Shown here: in pieces, positions 27,680 through 39,988 of the stretch
How the letters are laid out: each line of letters starts with the position of its first letter
Position numbering within the stretch: the stretch's first letter is position 1
Assembly: GCA_964016885.1 (NCBI GenBank)
Contig: OZ024753.1
Span: forward strand, 23,436,001-23,500,000
Length of the DNA stretch: 64,000 nt
From: Eledone cirrhosa
Taxonomy: Eukaryota
Reading direction: 5' to 3'
Program-made: the position numbers and the translations under genes
Notes under the pieces: generated by a model
Database searches by the model: none
Told to the model about the DNA's origin: nothing
Seen by the model: only the letters and a program-made list of their open reading frames with translations

Positions 27680-28542
27680 CTAGCAGTAAAGCCCGGCGTT
27701 GCTCGGGGCTGCTCAGTAGTTGTGTTAAAGTTACAATGTTATGTTCCTTTCTTGGCTTAAAAACTGTAGAGTCTACAATGTAGACTTTCATGGAGTACTT
27801 TTGATTAATATTCCCTCAACCAACAGTATGTCTTATGAAGTTAAGAAAACATAACCATAACCCGAATGTTAAAACAAAAGAGGATGCTGGGGATAAAAAC
27901 TGCACTGTTAATCTATTAGCAAAAATCGAAAATGTAAACACTGCAACACTTGTCTCAGAGAAAAACATCAGCGTAACCAAACTATCAGTTATTTTGAAGC
28001 AAAGAAATTGGATGGACATGAAAAACAAACAGAAAAATGCGTTATCTGTCTGTCGTTTAAAATCATTGCTTCTAAATGAAAATCTCATAAGGCTTTATTC
28101 GAGGTCAATGCTTTTTTTTTACAAAATATTTGCTTGTTTTACGGTTTATTCAAATAGGCTTGTTTTCAAGTAAAAAGATTGTTAATGGAAATGAAGCAAA
28201 ATGGAAGCTTAAAGTTGAAACTTCGAACTCATGAATTTTGCAGGTTAAAATTTTGCTGGTTCGAAAACTGTTCGCGTATTTTTGTACTTTTGCACGCGTC
28301 AGAATGACGCCATAAAATGGAAATAACTCGTCTCTCATCTCTATTTGTACATTTCAACTGAAAAATCAATACATTAAAAATTCAATTTTTACACTTGGCG
28401 TGGGTCGATGTCTCCGCCGGAAGTTCATCTATAAGTGTAGCAATTTCCCCGAAATTTGAACGTACGGTTTAGGAGGAGATGTGTGCCGACCGTTTTAGTA
28501 GACACACAGACAGACAGACAACCTCAGTTTTATATATATAGA
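27680..28542 (-). mobile_element. Non-autonomous Helitron
   Basis: Minus strand starts TCTATATATATAAAA..(TCTG)n and ends GCCCCGAGCAACGCCGGGC-TTTACTG-CTAG, the same terminal hairpin type as 5706-7696. Confidence 0.85.
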
Positions 28543-28626
28543 TTGTAGATATACTGGTATGTATATTTCGGTAAACAACGAACATATACTCAAAATTTAT
28601 ATATATATATATAGAGAGAGATATAG

Positions 28627-29450
28627 AAAGATTTACATATACATAAACTAGACAAAGTCATATATATATATATATATGTTTTTGGCAACCATTCATGATG
28701 TGGCTCAATGACGAATTAATTAATTAAATAATCAACAATCAGAGCAAAATACAATAACGTATGTCCATAGAATCATTTGATAAGATATATACACCATTTC
28801 CTCTCCCAATCAGCATAATCAACCACACAAAAAACAATTAAATCAGGCTATAAGATTAAAAGGCACCTATGAAGAAATAATAGATAAATAAACGACAGCC
28901 ATCTATTGGCGATCAACAGCTATAGAATATTTACCCAGCACTTCAATAGCACGTGGAAATCGATTAAATATATCGTCAACCATACACAATTAGGTATAAA
29001 TTTAAAGTTAGAAGAAAAAATTTATATAAACATACCAAGATTACATTTCTACCCTATTGGGTTTCATCCGCTTTTAGAAATATCCGATCAAGGATAAATT
29101 CACGAGCTTCGAAATCATCAGGAAACAAACTCACTTGGACGAAGATTTTTCTTAAATGATCCCCGCCAGAAACGAATTCAAAATGACTAAGAAATGTGAT
29201 TGGTGCCTTACGGCGAGTGGGTTGGTTGCTAGAAAGCGCAGCTTAATATTTCCTAATTTGCATCTCAACTTTATGGGAGATTATCAAATATAAAGATTTA
29301 CATATACACAAAGTCATATATATATATATATATATATATGTTTTTGGCAACCATTCACGATGTGGCTCAATGACGAATTAATTAATTGTTGATTGTTGAT
29401 TATTTAATTAATTAATTTGTCATTGAGCCACATCGTGAATGGTTACCAAA

Positions 29451-29485
<35 letters not shown>

Positions 29486-29563
29486 CTTTTTCTAGTTTGT
29501 GTATATGTAAATCTTTACATTTGATAATCTCCCATAAGGTTGAGATGCAATTTAGGCAATATT
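28627..29563 (-). mobile_element. Non-coding HHR-bearing unit (period ~665 bp) with an inverted 5' segment
   Basis: 28627-28725 recurs at ~29292-29387; 29246-29387 is mirrored at 29405-29563. Confidence 0.72.
29045..29126 (-). ncRNA. Type I hammerhead ribozyme
   Basis: Minus strand: GTTTC-CTGATGA-t ttcg..tatcc..ggata..cgga t-GAAA-ccc aata ggg-TA-GAAAT. Confidence 0.8.
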
Positions 29564-31215
29564 TAGGCCATTTAGCCGTGTAGAAGTTAAGGCTGGTGCT
29601 TCTTGATGGTTGTGTCTCTGTTGATTCTCTTGGACCACATATCATTGGTTCTACTAAGTTATGATCCATGAAAATTGTTGGTGTCACCTTTACATTGTGG
29701 ATGAGCACTTCGTTGTTTGTAAAACAGAGGTCCAGGACATTTTCGCCTCTTGTTGGGAGAAGCACTGCTTGTTCCATGAACAGACTGTGTGTGAGGGCCA
29801 GCAGGGATTCCGCCTGTCTCTGTTCTATTGACGTCATTCCAGGAAGGAGGTGGCCCTCATACCATTTGAGCTTTGTCAGGTTGAAGTCGCCCAGCAGTAG
29901 AATGTTGAGACCCTGGTCCAGTTTGTCAAGCACCTCTTCTATCCTACTGAGGCTTTCCTTAACTTTACCCTCATGACTGGGGAAATCGGGCGGCCGATAT
30001 GTGACACGTATTACTGTCTTTAGTTGCTTCATATGTATTATCAGTGTGTCACAGACCGAGTTTGAATGTGTCAACAGTACAATTGGTGTGACATCTTCAC
30101 AGATATACAGAGCAACCCCACCATGAGTTCTCTCCTTCCTGTCCGAACGAAATACAGTATATTTCGGTATATGTATTTCTGCATCTGCTATACTGCTTGT
30201 CAGGTGCGTTTCGGTTAGTGTCATGCATAGTGCTTCATTGCTTATGGCAAAGTCTCCCAGGTAGGAAATTTTACTCATGTTACTGAGTTTCACCAGGCCT
30301 CTGACATTTAGCAGCAGCACTGGTGTGACTTTTGGGGTGCCAGCAATGGCTGTCGGTATGACACGTGGCCTGGTGTCAGCGGTGGCCACTCTGGGTCCCT
30401 TATTTGTGGTGGTCTCGAGTGCTGGAGTGGGTCACTCTGCCTCTGAAAACGATGCAGCCAGGTCAGCTATCCCACAAACTTCTCTGCCATTACTAAAGAA
30501 CTTTTCTGCTCTGCTGCTGCCATCTGTATCTCGTCGGCATGTGCGTGCCTTCTCCTTGTTGGCGCGGCACGCGCGACATCAGCTTACTTCTGGAACGGCT
30601 TGCTTTGGCTTTGGCTGAGGCATGTTGTGCGAGTAGGATGGGCATAGTTCGCTTGGGGCCTGGGGTGAGCGAATCTGCAGCCCATCCCTGTCTCTCCATG
30701 CCAGCAGGTCTCGTTCCTGAAGAACTTGCACGTTACCTGGGTTTTCTTACTCCCAGTGTCACGGTGCTTTCTGACCTTCCTTTGGACAGTTGTCCACTGG
30801 TCCCTCTCCGCTTGGTTCTACTTCGGAGGGTGGTTTCGCTTCTCACCATTACCGTTTGCTTGTTGGCTGCCCGGCCTGCCCTCTCATTTTCTTTCAGATC
30901 CGTGCTTGTGCTTTCTTCCTTTTCTTTTTCCTTTCCTCTCTCTTTCTCCCCATTTTGCTCCTCCTTAAGGACACGGCTCAGCATCGCCATATGTGGCGCT
31001 ATGAGGTCATAGGCCTTCTCGATTTCTTTTCTTTTTCTTTCTATCTGCGCGAGAGTCCTCAGTAAGCCATGGTTCCTCAGGGTCTCCGCAATCTTTTTGC
31101 TTGGTCTTGACCCATCAGCCAGGCTCCACTCTTTGATCAAAACCGCTAGTTCCAACTTTGACCAGTTTCGCTGGCTTTTAATTTCACCTTTTCCCTGCAT
31201 GCAGTAATTTCGCTG
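29564..31215 (-). mobile_element. 5' half of a CR1/L2-group LINE (Myb-like + CCCH ORF1 remnant, APE endonuclease; RT absent)
   Basis: LLNVRGL..LTETHL..HGGVALY..YRPP..LGDFN..PTRGENVLDL..MDHNLV (29412-30389); CKFFRNETCWHGETGMGCRFAHP at ~30730-30660; WSKLELAVLIKEW. Confidence 0.8.
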
Positions 31216-31250
31216 TAGAGAGAGAGAGAGGGGGGATAGAGAGAGAGAGA

Positions 31251-31281
<31 letters not shown>

Positions 31282-31610
31282 TGAGAGCTTGTGCGATCTA
31301 GAGAGAGAGATAGAGAGAAAGAAAGAAGAGAAGAGACTGCGTGAGACAGCGTATACTTGAAACGGTCAAAGACAACCTTAAATATCAATAATTAATGTCG
31401 TTCGAAAAACAATAATATTTCCCGGTTAAAACACCAAAACAAAATGAAAACAAATGATATCAATATGAAATATAAAAGGAGACAAAATAAATAAATAAAA
31501 ATATGTTAATGAAACCCAAATAAGTTAAAGATATAGAATCGCGGAGGATTTATATAAGTTGGTTTTAACTGTAGATATCGGTTTGTTTACAAATATAAAC
31601 AACGGACACC

Positions 31611-31668
<58 letters not shown>

Positions 31669-32097
31669 TGAAACGTAGTTATCACAATACCATATATCCA
31701 AAACAATAACAAATATATATGCTCACTGAGTTAAAAATAAAAATAAAATTATATTAAATTAAATTATATTAAATCACGTTACACAAAATAAAATGAAATT
31801 AAATTAAAATTAGATTACGTTACTTAACTCGCTTTCTATATTCTGTATGGCAGACAAAGAAAGAAAGCACGTGTGTGTGTCTCGTTTTTTTAGAAGAATA
31901 TATCAAACAGCGAAACTAAACCCATTAAAAACGGTAACATACGTAAAATAATGGCGTCAAAATAGAGAACCTTATCTGTTCCAGAGGTTTTTTATTAATA
32001 CTAAAGAGTTAGCAAAGTTATAATTTCCCGAATTCTGTCGATTTAAATTTCAAATCTCGCAATAAGGGAAAACACGACCAAACAACAAGTTGCCAAG

Positions 32098-32199
<102 letters not shown>

Positions 32200-32422
32200 A
32201 CTCGTTCTTCCTCACTTTTCGTTGCTTCACCATCTTTGTTTGTTTACACTCTCGCTGTCCCCTTTATTTACGTGTCCCAACGACTTTTTTTAGCCGTTGC
32301 TCGCACCAACCGGAGGTATATGGTCTTTAAAGCGATGAAATACCAATGATGGTTGGAAGATCACTGATGAAGGACTAACTTTATTCATATGTAACCCATT
32401 TGCAACCACGCAGCACGTTTAT

Positions 32423-32453
<31 letters not shown>

Positions 32454-33142
32454 CATTCCTACTGACCGATTCATTCCCATTATCACAACAATGAACCACT
32501 CTGCTACACACACACACATATTTGTCTTAATAGACACCTGAACTGTTGACCTTTCAACATGACTGCAACTCACACACGTACACACACATCCCGACTGACT
32601 ATTATCACAACAATGAACCATTTTACTACATACACACACACACACACATATTTGTCTTAATAGACATATTTTTCAGTGACTTCTCAACATGACTGCAACT
32701 CAATCAAGCGGAAAAGGACACTCTTTGACAAACCTACATTTGGCGCGAAACCAGTTAGCGCTAAAATCAATTTTAACATTCACGTGACTTCTACCGACCA
32801 ATCAAAATTGTTTTGACTACAAGAATTTTTGCAACACGAATTGGCGCCAAATTTATAGAGCTTATTCACGTGACATTCAACAACCAACCAAATCTTAATA
32901 CCTTCCAAGCCACTTTTTTCACATAAAACAGGAAGAATTTCCAAAACTGAGCAGATTGGAGCAAAATTCACGAGCGCTCTAACTCAAAATTATTTTTGAA
33001 GAGCATAAGAAATGCGCAACCGGTAAAAACTTAAATTAAAACTGAATACTAACTAATACATACTTATTACTAATTTATACTTATTCCTAATTAAACTATA
33101 TTTCACTGGGAAAAATTTGTCATCATTTTTTTTTCCTTTTTA

Positions 33143-33213
<71 letters not shown>

Positions 33214-34604
33214 GGTATAACAAATTATTGTTATAGGTAGTCCACTTAGATGTAGTGGAGGGTACTCCGAGTAGTGGATAGTACTAACGCTTGGCTAAGT
33301 TTGACTCAACAAGACTTTTCCATAGTGATGCTGCGAGTACGCGGTGATTTCTATGTAGTTTACACTTGGAGTAATAATAAATCAAGAAAGAAGAGTGACA
33401 TAGTTTGCTATACAATAAGGGCTTTATTCACAAAGCCAATAAGGGCTTTATTCTCTGAACTGGTAGGTCTAGAGATCGCTACCCGCCTGTTTTTCGTCAA
33501 TCGATCACCAATACGTTGTTATAACCAGTCTATTCATCAGAGCATGCGAGAATGAAGGATACACACATGCATAGTTTCTATATATACTAGTGGCATTAAA
33601 TCAGAACAATAATAACAATATTAGCTAGATAGTAAATAGTTAAAACAATCATATCAATCTAAGTAAGAAATAGAGTATACTGATGAATTTAGCATGTAAA
33701 ACGAACTGATACGAAACAGATGTATGAAATTGACATGTGAAAGCTGTCCTGGGGTACATTATATATAGTGTAGAGATAACCTGGGGCTTGAAACAATGGA
33801 CCATTTACTTTACTGTAGGTTTGCTGACCGTAAGTTGAAGATTTATTTATTATCTGACAGATAACATATTTTCATTGTAGTGAGGATGGTAATTTTTATG
33901 GGGTGTAAAGTGGATTCGTTATTTAAGTGGTCTATATTAGATGTAGGGATTGTTAGTTCGAATCATGGGGGTTCTTTAGCTTTCACAACATCAATAACAA
34001 ATCATGCATGAATAAGACAACAATAACAACAATAGAGGCAATAAGGTAATACAGAGGTTAAGAAAGCAAGGTATATATAGAGAACATGATGAATACTATT
34101 ACGGATACATTGGGGTGTACATTATGACAACAAGAAGAAGGTGATATTTCAAGGACTGTGGTAGTAGTAAAATAATGTACTTAGAATTAAGTGTATCTGT
34201 TGAAAATCATGTGCTAATGTGAGGAGGTGGTGTTGACAGCAGCCGAGAAGAGATATATTTATGGGTTGATAAGATATATACAGGCATTACTGTGGTATAG
34301 AATTAAGGAAGCTAGAAGCTGTTTAAAGAATATTATATATATATAATTCAAGAAAGAAGAGTGACATGGGGTGGCTATACAATGGGGTGGCTATATGGGG
34401 TGGCTATATATATAAATATAAGTATGTATATATATATAAATGGAAAAAATGAAACTTCATTTTAAACTCTTAGTACTGCTGATACTTAAATATAAGTATG
34501 TATACGTACATACATATATGTATACAGACGTACAGTAGTATGTATATACGTACTACTGTACGTCTGTATACATATATGCATGTACGTATACATACTTATA
34601 TTTA

Positions 34605-34681
<77 letters not shown>

Positions 34682-35589
34682 TTTTATAATGCTTACCTGT
34701 GTTTTCTCTTATTCTTTATACTCCAAGATTGAACGAGATTTACTAACCACATTCTTACAAACTTGTGGAGTTACCCCTAACCGTACGTTGGAAACCGTAC
34801 AAGAAACTAACTATCTTAACCACGAACTGGATTACAATAAGCAATTTTCTGCTTTCCTAACTATATATATACACATATATACACATATGTGTATTTAATA
34901 TATATAATATATATGTTTGTATATATATATATATATACAAGTAAATAATCGAGAATCAGAATCTCGGCCCACGAAATAATGATAAACAATCTTCGACATG
35001 TGTGGCAGAGGGCTCAATAGTTTGGATGAACCAGAGCTATAACTATCGTTAAAGTACCAACACATAGAGACGATGCCTAGATCATTCGCACAGCCGAAAA
35101 AAACGACCAGGAAAATTCGGGTCACTCAAATAATAAATTAATAAATTAATAAATTAATGTAAAAATGTAAAAACTCACCCCGACCCGCTAGAAGGATGTT
35201 AAATTCTAGCTTTTTGGGTTTCTGAAGTTCCTTAATCAATTACTGTCAGCCCACATAAAAAAATATATCTGACTTCTAGTAAAGAGATGAACGTGGTAAA
35301 CTGCTTTCTCAGCGGATGTTTCGTTCAAAAATACAGGGGGACCTGTTACTGGAAGCACGTGTAGTCCAGCAAGGGAGGGAACCCCTATATATGGCGAAAG
35401 AATTCAGTAAGTGTAAATTTTGTAAGAAAACAAAAAATCACATATCGAATAAGAGTTCTCAACAGACGTGTTAAAATAAACAAGAGCTATTCATCAGTCA
35501 ATAAGATCAGCTAAAAAATCAATAAAATTAACTGGTCAATAGCTAAAGGCTGGAGATTAATACAAGTAAATAATCGAGATATATATATA

Positions 35590-38500
35590 TGTATGTCAGG
35601 TTGCCCTCGAGTACTACTGGTAACATGTAACCCAGTACCATCTGTCTCATGGTCGGGTCGTCGGTGACTAAACCGGCAACCCCACCAAGCTTGCTTGGTG
35701 AAGAGGGTGATATTTGGACACCCTGCGGGATGAAATACAAAACCTGGCAAAGGGTGGAGGAACTCAGCAGAGCCAACGGCCATCCAAATAGTCCTGTTTT
35801 AAAATTTTTTTTTACCTTCTAGGAGAGCGAAAGTCTGAGAAAAACCTGCGGCTTTGGAAGCATCCAATGATGTTGACCAGTTCTCCTTTTCGGGTAGTGT
35901 TTTCGATGCTCAAAGAGTGGGATTGGTCGTGTGCAAGGCTTTTCCCCACTTAAAAAACCTTCAAAGCACAGGCATCGCTTGTTCTGGATCTGTTACAGGT
36001 TCGTGTGGCTAGCCGTAGCTTAAAAGTGCACCAAACTCTATGATGACAGATGATAACCTTGAAGTCAATGGCAGTAAGGGCTCTGGAACTTATTGTGAAT
36101 GGGTCTGGCCCGGCAGGTGTCCAATGGCACCGCAGTGTGGGCCCGGTCGTCATCCTACAACTGCAAGGAGGTTCAAACCTCTGAATATTGGATGTTGGAA
36201 TGTAAGAACTTTACTGGATTCCCAGTCCAGTAAAACTCGCCCTGAAAGAAGATCTGCTTTGGTGTCGGGGGAACTCGATCGCTTTAGCATGGACATCGTT
36301 GCTCTTTCAGAAACGAGATTGGCAGGTGAGGGTCAATTCACAGAACAGAAGGGTGGATATACCTTCTATTGGAGTGGTGGAGCAGAGGGTTGTAGGAGAG
36401 AGGCAGGGGTCGCATTTGCAGTCAGGAATCGAATCGTCTCAAAGCTGGAAAATCTTCCTTGCGGATTCAATGATCGGATAATGTCCATGAGATTCCCTCT
36501 GATTCAAAACCGCTTTGTGACTCTGGTCAGTGTGCACGCTCCTACTATGTGTGCTAGTGATGATGAAAAACTAAGTTTCTACTTGTCTTTGAGAGAGGTC
36601 ATCCATGGTATACCTTATGCAGACAAGATTGTCATCCTTGGTGATTTTAATGCACGTGTTGGTAATGACTGGGAACCTTGGAGTGTGATGGGCAGGCATG
36701 GAGTAGGTAAGTGCAATAACAATGGCCTACTTCTGTTGCAGATGTGCACTGAGATGGGTCTTGTTGGGAACACGCTGTTTCAGCAGAAAGACTAACATAA
36801 GACAACTTGGATGCATCCAGGTTCCAAGAAGTGGCACCTTATTGACTTCGTTTTAACGAAAAAACTTGATATCAGGGATATCACATTGGTTCGTATATTG
36901 CGAGGCGTGGAATGTTGGACTGATCATGGTCTGGTGCGCGCCAAGTTTCAATTTTTTGTGTAGCCCAAAGTAAGGGGGAAGAAGGTTGTACTTCCAAAAC
37001 AACTAAACGTGGCTCGTCGGAAAACAGTGAATGTCAGAATTGAGCTGTCGAGGTCCCTTGAGTCCATGGAATGTGAAAACACTTGGGAATCATTGAGGAA
37101 AACCGTCTATAATGTTAGTGCTGGAGTTTTGGGTCATACCAATAGAGCATAAAGACTGGTTGGATGAAAATGATCCAGTGATCCAGACCTTGCTTGAAGA
37201 GAAGCAAAAAGTGCTGACATCATTGTTGTGTGAGACACGTTCTCACAGGATTGACCGGACCTTCGGGCAGATCAAGGCACGTGTACAACATCGAATGAGA
37301 GCCATGCAAGATACCTGGTGGAGACAAAAGGCTGATGAAATCCAGAAGACCTCAGATAGACATGATACAACGCTCCTATACAGTCTCCTCAGGGAGGTGT
37401 ATGGTCCGACCGGTTCACAAATATCACCACTTCGCTCCGGAGACGGCAAGAATTGCTCAGAGATCCGAAGGAAATCCTGATCGCGTGGCATGACCACTTT
37501 GATGAGCTTCTCAACAGACCATCAAAAATTGATGATGAGTTCATCCGGTCGATTCCATCCAGACCTACAAAGCTGGCAATGGCTGATCCTCCTTCATTTG
37601 ATGAGGTGGCGAAGGCCATTGTCAAATTAAACAGCGGCAAGTCACCTGGAATGGATGAACTGAGTGCCGAGATTTTTAAGTGTGCTGGTGATAACTTCTT
37701 AAACCGCCTCACTGATCTCTTTGTGAATGTTTGGAATGAAGAAGATGTGCCACAGGATTGGAAAGATGCACTGATGGTGGTACTTTACAAAGGAAAGGGA
37801 ACCAAAGATGACTGTGGCAACTACAGACGTATTTCACTGCTATCTGTGGTTGGGAAGATCTTGTGCAGGATATTGTTGGACAGATTGATATAGCACATTG
37901 CTGTTGAGGTAATTCCTGAGTCCCAATGTGGCTTTAGGAATGGCAGAGGCACTGTTGACATGATCTTCTTGGCCAAACAACTTCAAGAGAAATGCATTGA
38001 GCAGCGCATGGACTTATACCAAGTTTTTGTCGATCTGACCAAGGCATTTTACACCGTTAATAGGAAGGCTATTTTAGGTTATTTTAGAGAGATTGAGCTC
38101 TCCTGAAAAGTTTGTGAACATTCTGAAACTCTTCCACGATGACATGCAGGCATGGGTGAATGTTAGATGTAAACTGTCTGAGCCAATCTCGGTTGAAAAT
38201 GTTGTCAAGCAGGGTGATATACCTGCACCAACTTTGTTTGCCTTGTATTTCGCGATGGTGTTCTTCATGGCCTTCAAGTTGTGTCAACACGGTATCTATC
38301 TTAGATATCGCACTTCCGGCAAGTTGTTTAACCTTAGGCGTCTCACTGCCAACACTAAGGTACTGAGTACCTTGATCAGAGAATTTTTATATGCAGATGA
38401 TTGTGATCTCTTTGCACACTACCAGAGTGACATGCAACACCTTATGGATTCTTTTTCCAATGCATGCAGTGCCTTGGGACTGACAATAAGTCTGAAGAAG

Positions 38501-39547
38501 ACTGTCCTCATGTACCAACATGCTCCGGATAAAGTTTTCAATGAACCCTCCATACACGTATACGGTCAAAAGCTGAAGGCTGCTGACACATTTGTGTATT
38601 TGGAAAGTACTCTGAGTGTGACCAGCTCTCTGGATGCAGAAGTTGGTCTACGTAAGTAAGGCAAGTGAGTCATTTGGAATGGCTTAACGACCATCTTTGG
38701 TGCAGGCGAGGAATCACAATGAGGACCAAGGTGAGAGTGTATGCTGCATGTGTACTGTCAGCTTTTCTGCATGCATGTGAGACATGGGTTTCCTACAAAC
38801 GGTATATCCACAGACTGGAACGGTTTCACCAACAGTGTCTCAGAAAGATGATTGGTATCAAGTGGCAGATGCATGTGAGTGATGTTGAGGTCCTTGAGAG
38901 AAGTGAGTGTCGGAGCATTGAGAGTATCATCCACCAACGGTGTTTGCCATGAACCGGGCACCTCTGCAGAATGGAGGATGATTGAATCCCAAAACAACTC
39001 TTGTATGGTGAGCTTTGTGAGGGTAAGAGACAACCTCACAAACCAAAGCTCCGATTCAAGGATTGTGTAAAGGACTCATTGAAAAAAAGCTGGTTTGATG
39101 ATGGCTGACTAGGAGATAGAAGCTCTTGAAAGAGAAACTTGGCGTGGAATGGTGAATGATGGGGTCCATAATTTTGAGGAAAGACGCATAGAGCACGAGA
39201 AGATCAAAAGGGATGTGCGTAAGCAATGCCCTGGTGTATTTCTCGAAACGATCGGTGTCTCCATTGAATTGAAGTGCCCTGAGTGTGGAATCATTTGCTT
39301 CAGCAAATCTGGTCTCAAGAGCCACAGTCGCAGCCATGTTCAAAGAGAACCAGTGAACTATAATCTCCACGGTGTTGCGAGGGTTCACGGGCAACCTGAT
39401 GCGAGACCTCAAGCCAGGGAGATCCATAGATGGCGTCAGTGTATGAAGGAGTGCAAGTCCCTAGCAGGCTTGAAAAGTCATATCCGAGAGTCCAACATCT
39501 GAATCTGACAAGCGATTGCAATACTCTTGGCAGAGTTTGCAGCCCTC
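35590..39547 (+). mobile_element. Near full-length degenerate RTE-clade LINE (APE, RT, C2H2 fingers)
   Basis: NIGCWNVRTL..ALSETR..LGDFNARVG; GKSPGMD..NYRRISLLS; VKQGD..LF; FLYADD; CPECGIICFSKSGLKSHSRSH. Multiple stops and frameshifts. Confidence 0.93.
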
Positions 39548-39572
39548 ATATATATATATATATATATATAAA

Positions 39573-39712
<140 letters not shown>

Positions 39713-39988
39713 TATATACATATATATTTCTTTTATTTGCCACTAGGGCATCAAAAGTGGGACAAGTACAAAGGGGGGAGTTTACACAAAAAGGCGTCCT
39801 CAATAAGGAGGAGGCAATAACAAAATATAAAAATAAAATAAGATATAACAAAAAATAAAATTTTTAACAAAATCCTCGATAGAGAGGAGGCGCCTTGGGG
39901 GGTCGCACACACCCCCGAAAAAAGTGTGCAACCCTTCTCCTCAGGAGCACAGAGAAGGGGTGCTCCCTTGGTCTTTCATCTTCCTCAC

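Noticed and set aside
33475-33730. Two HHR-like CTGATGA..GAAA matches (minus ~33480-33545, plus ~33675-33725)
   Set aside because: No proper NUH site or stem I; cannot be separated from chance.
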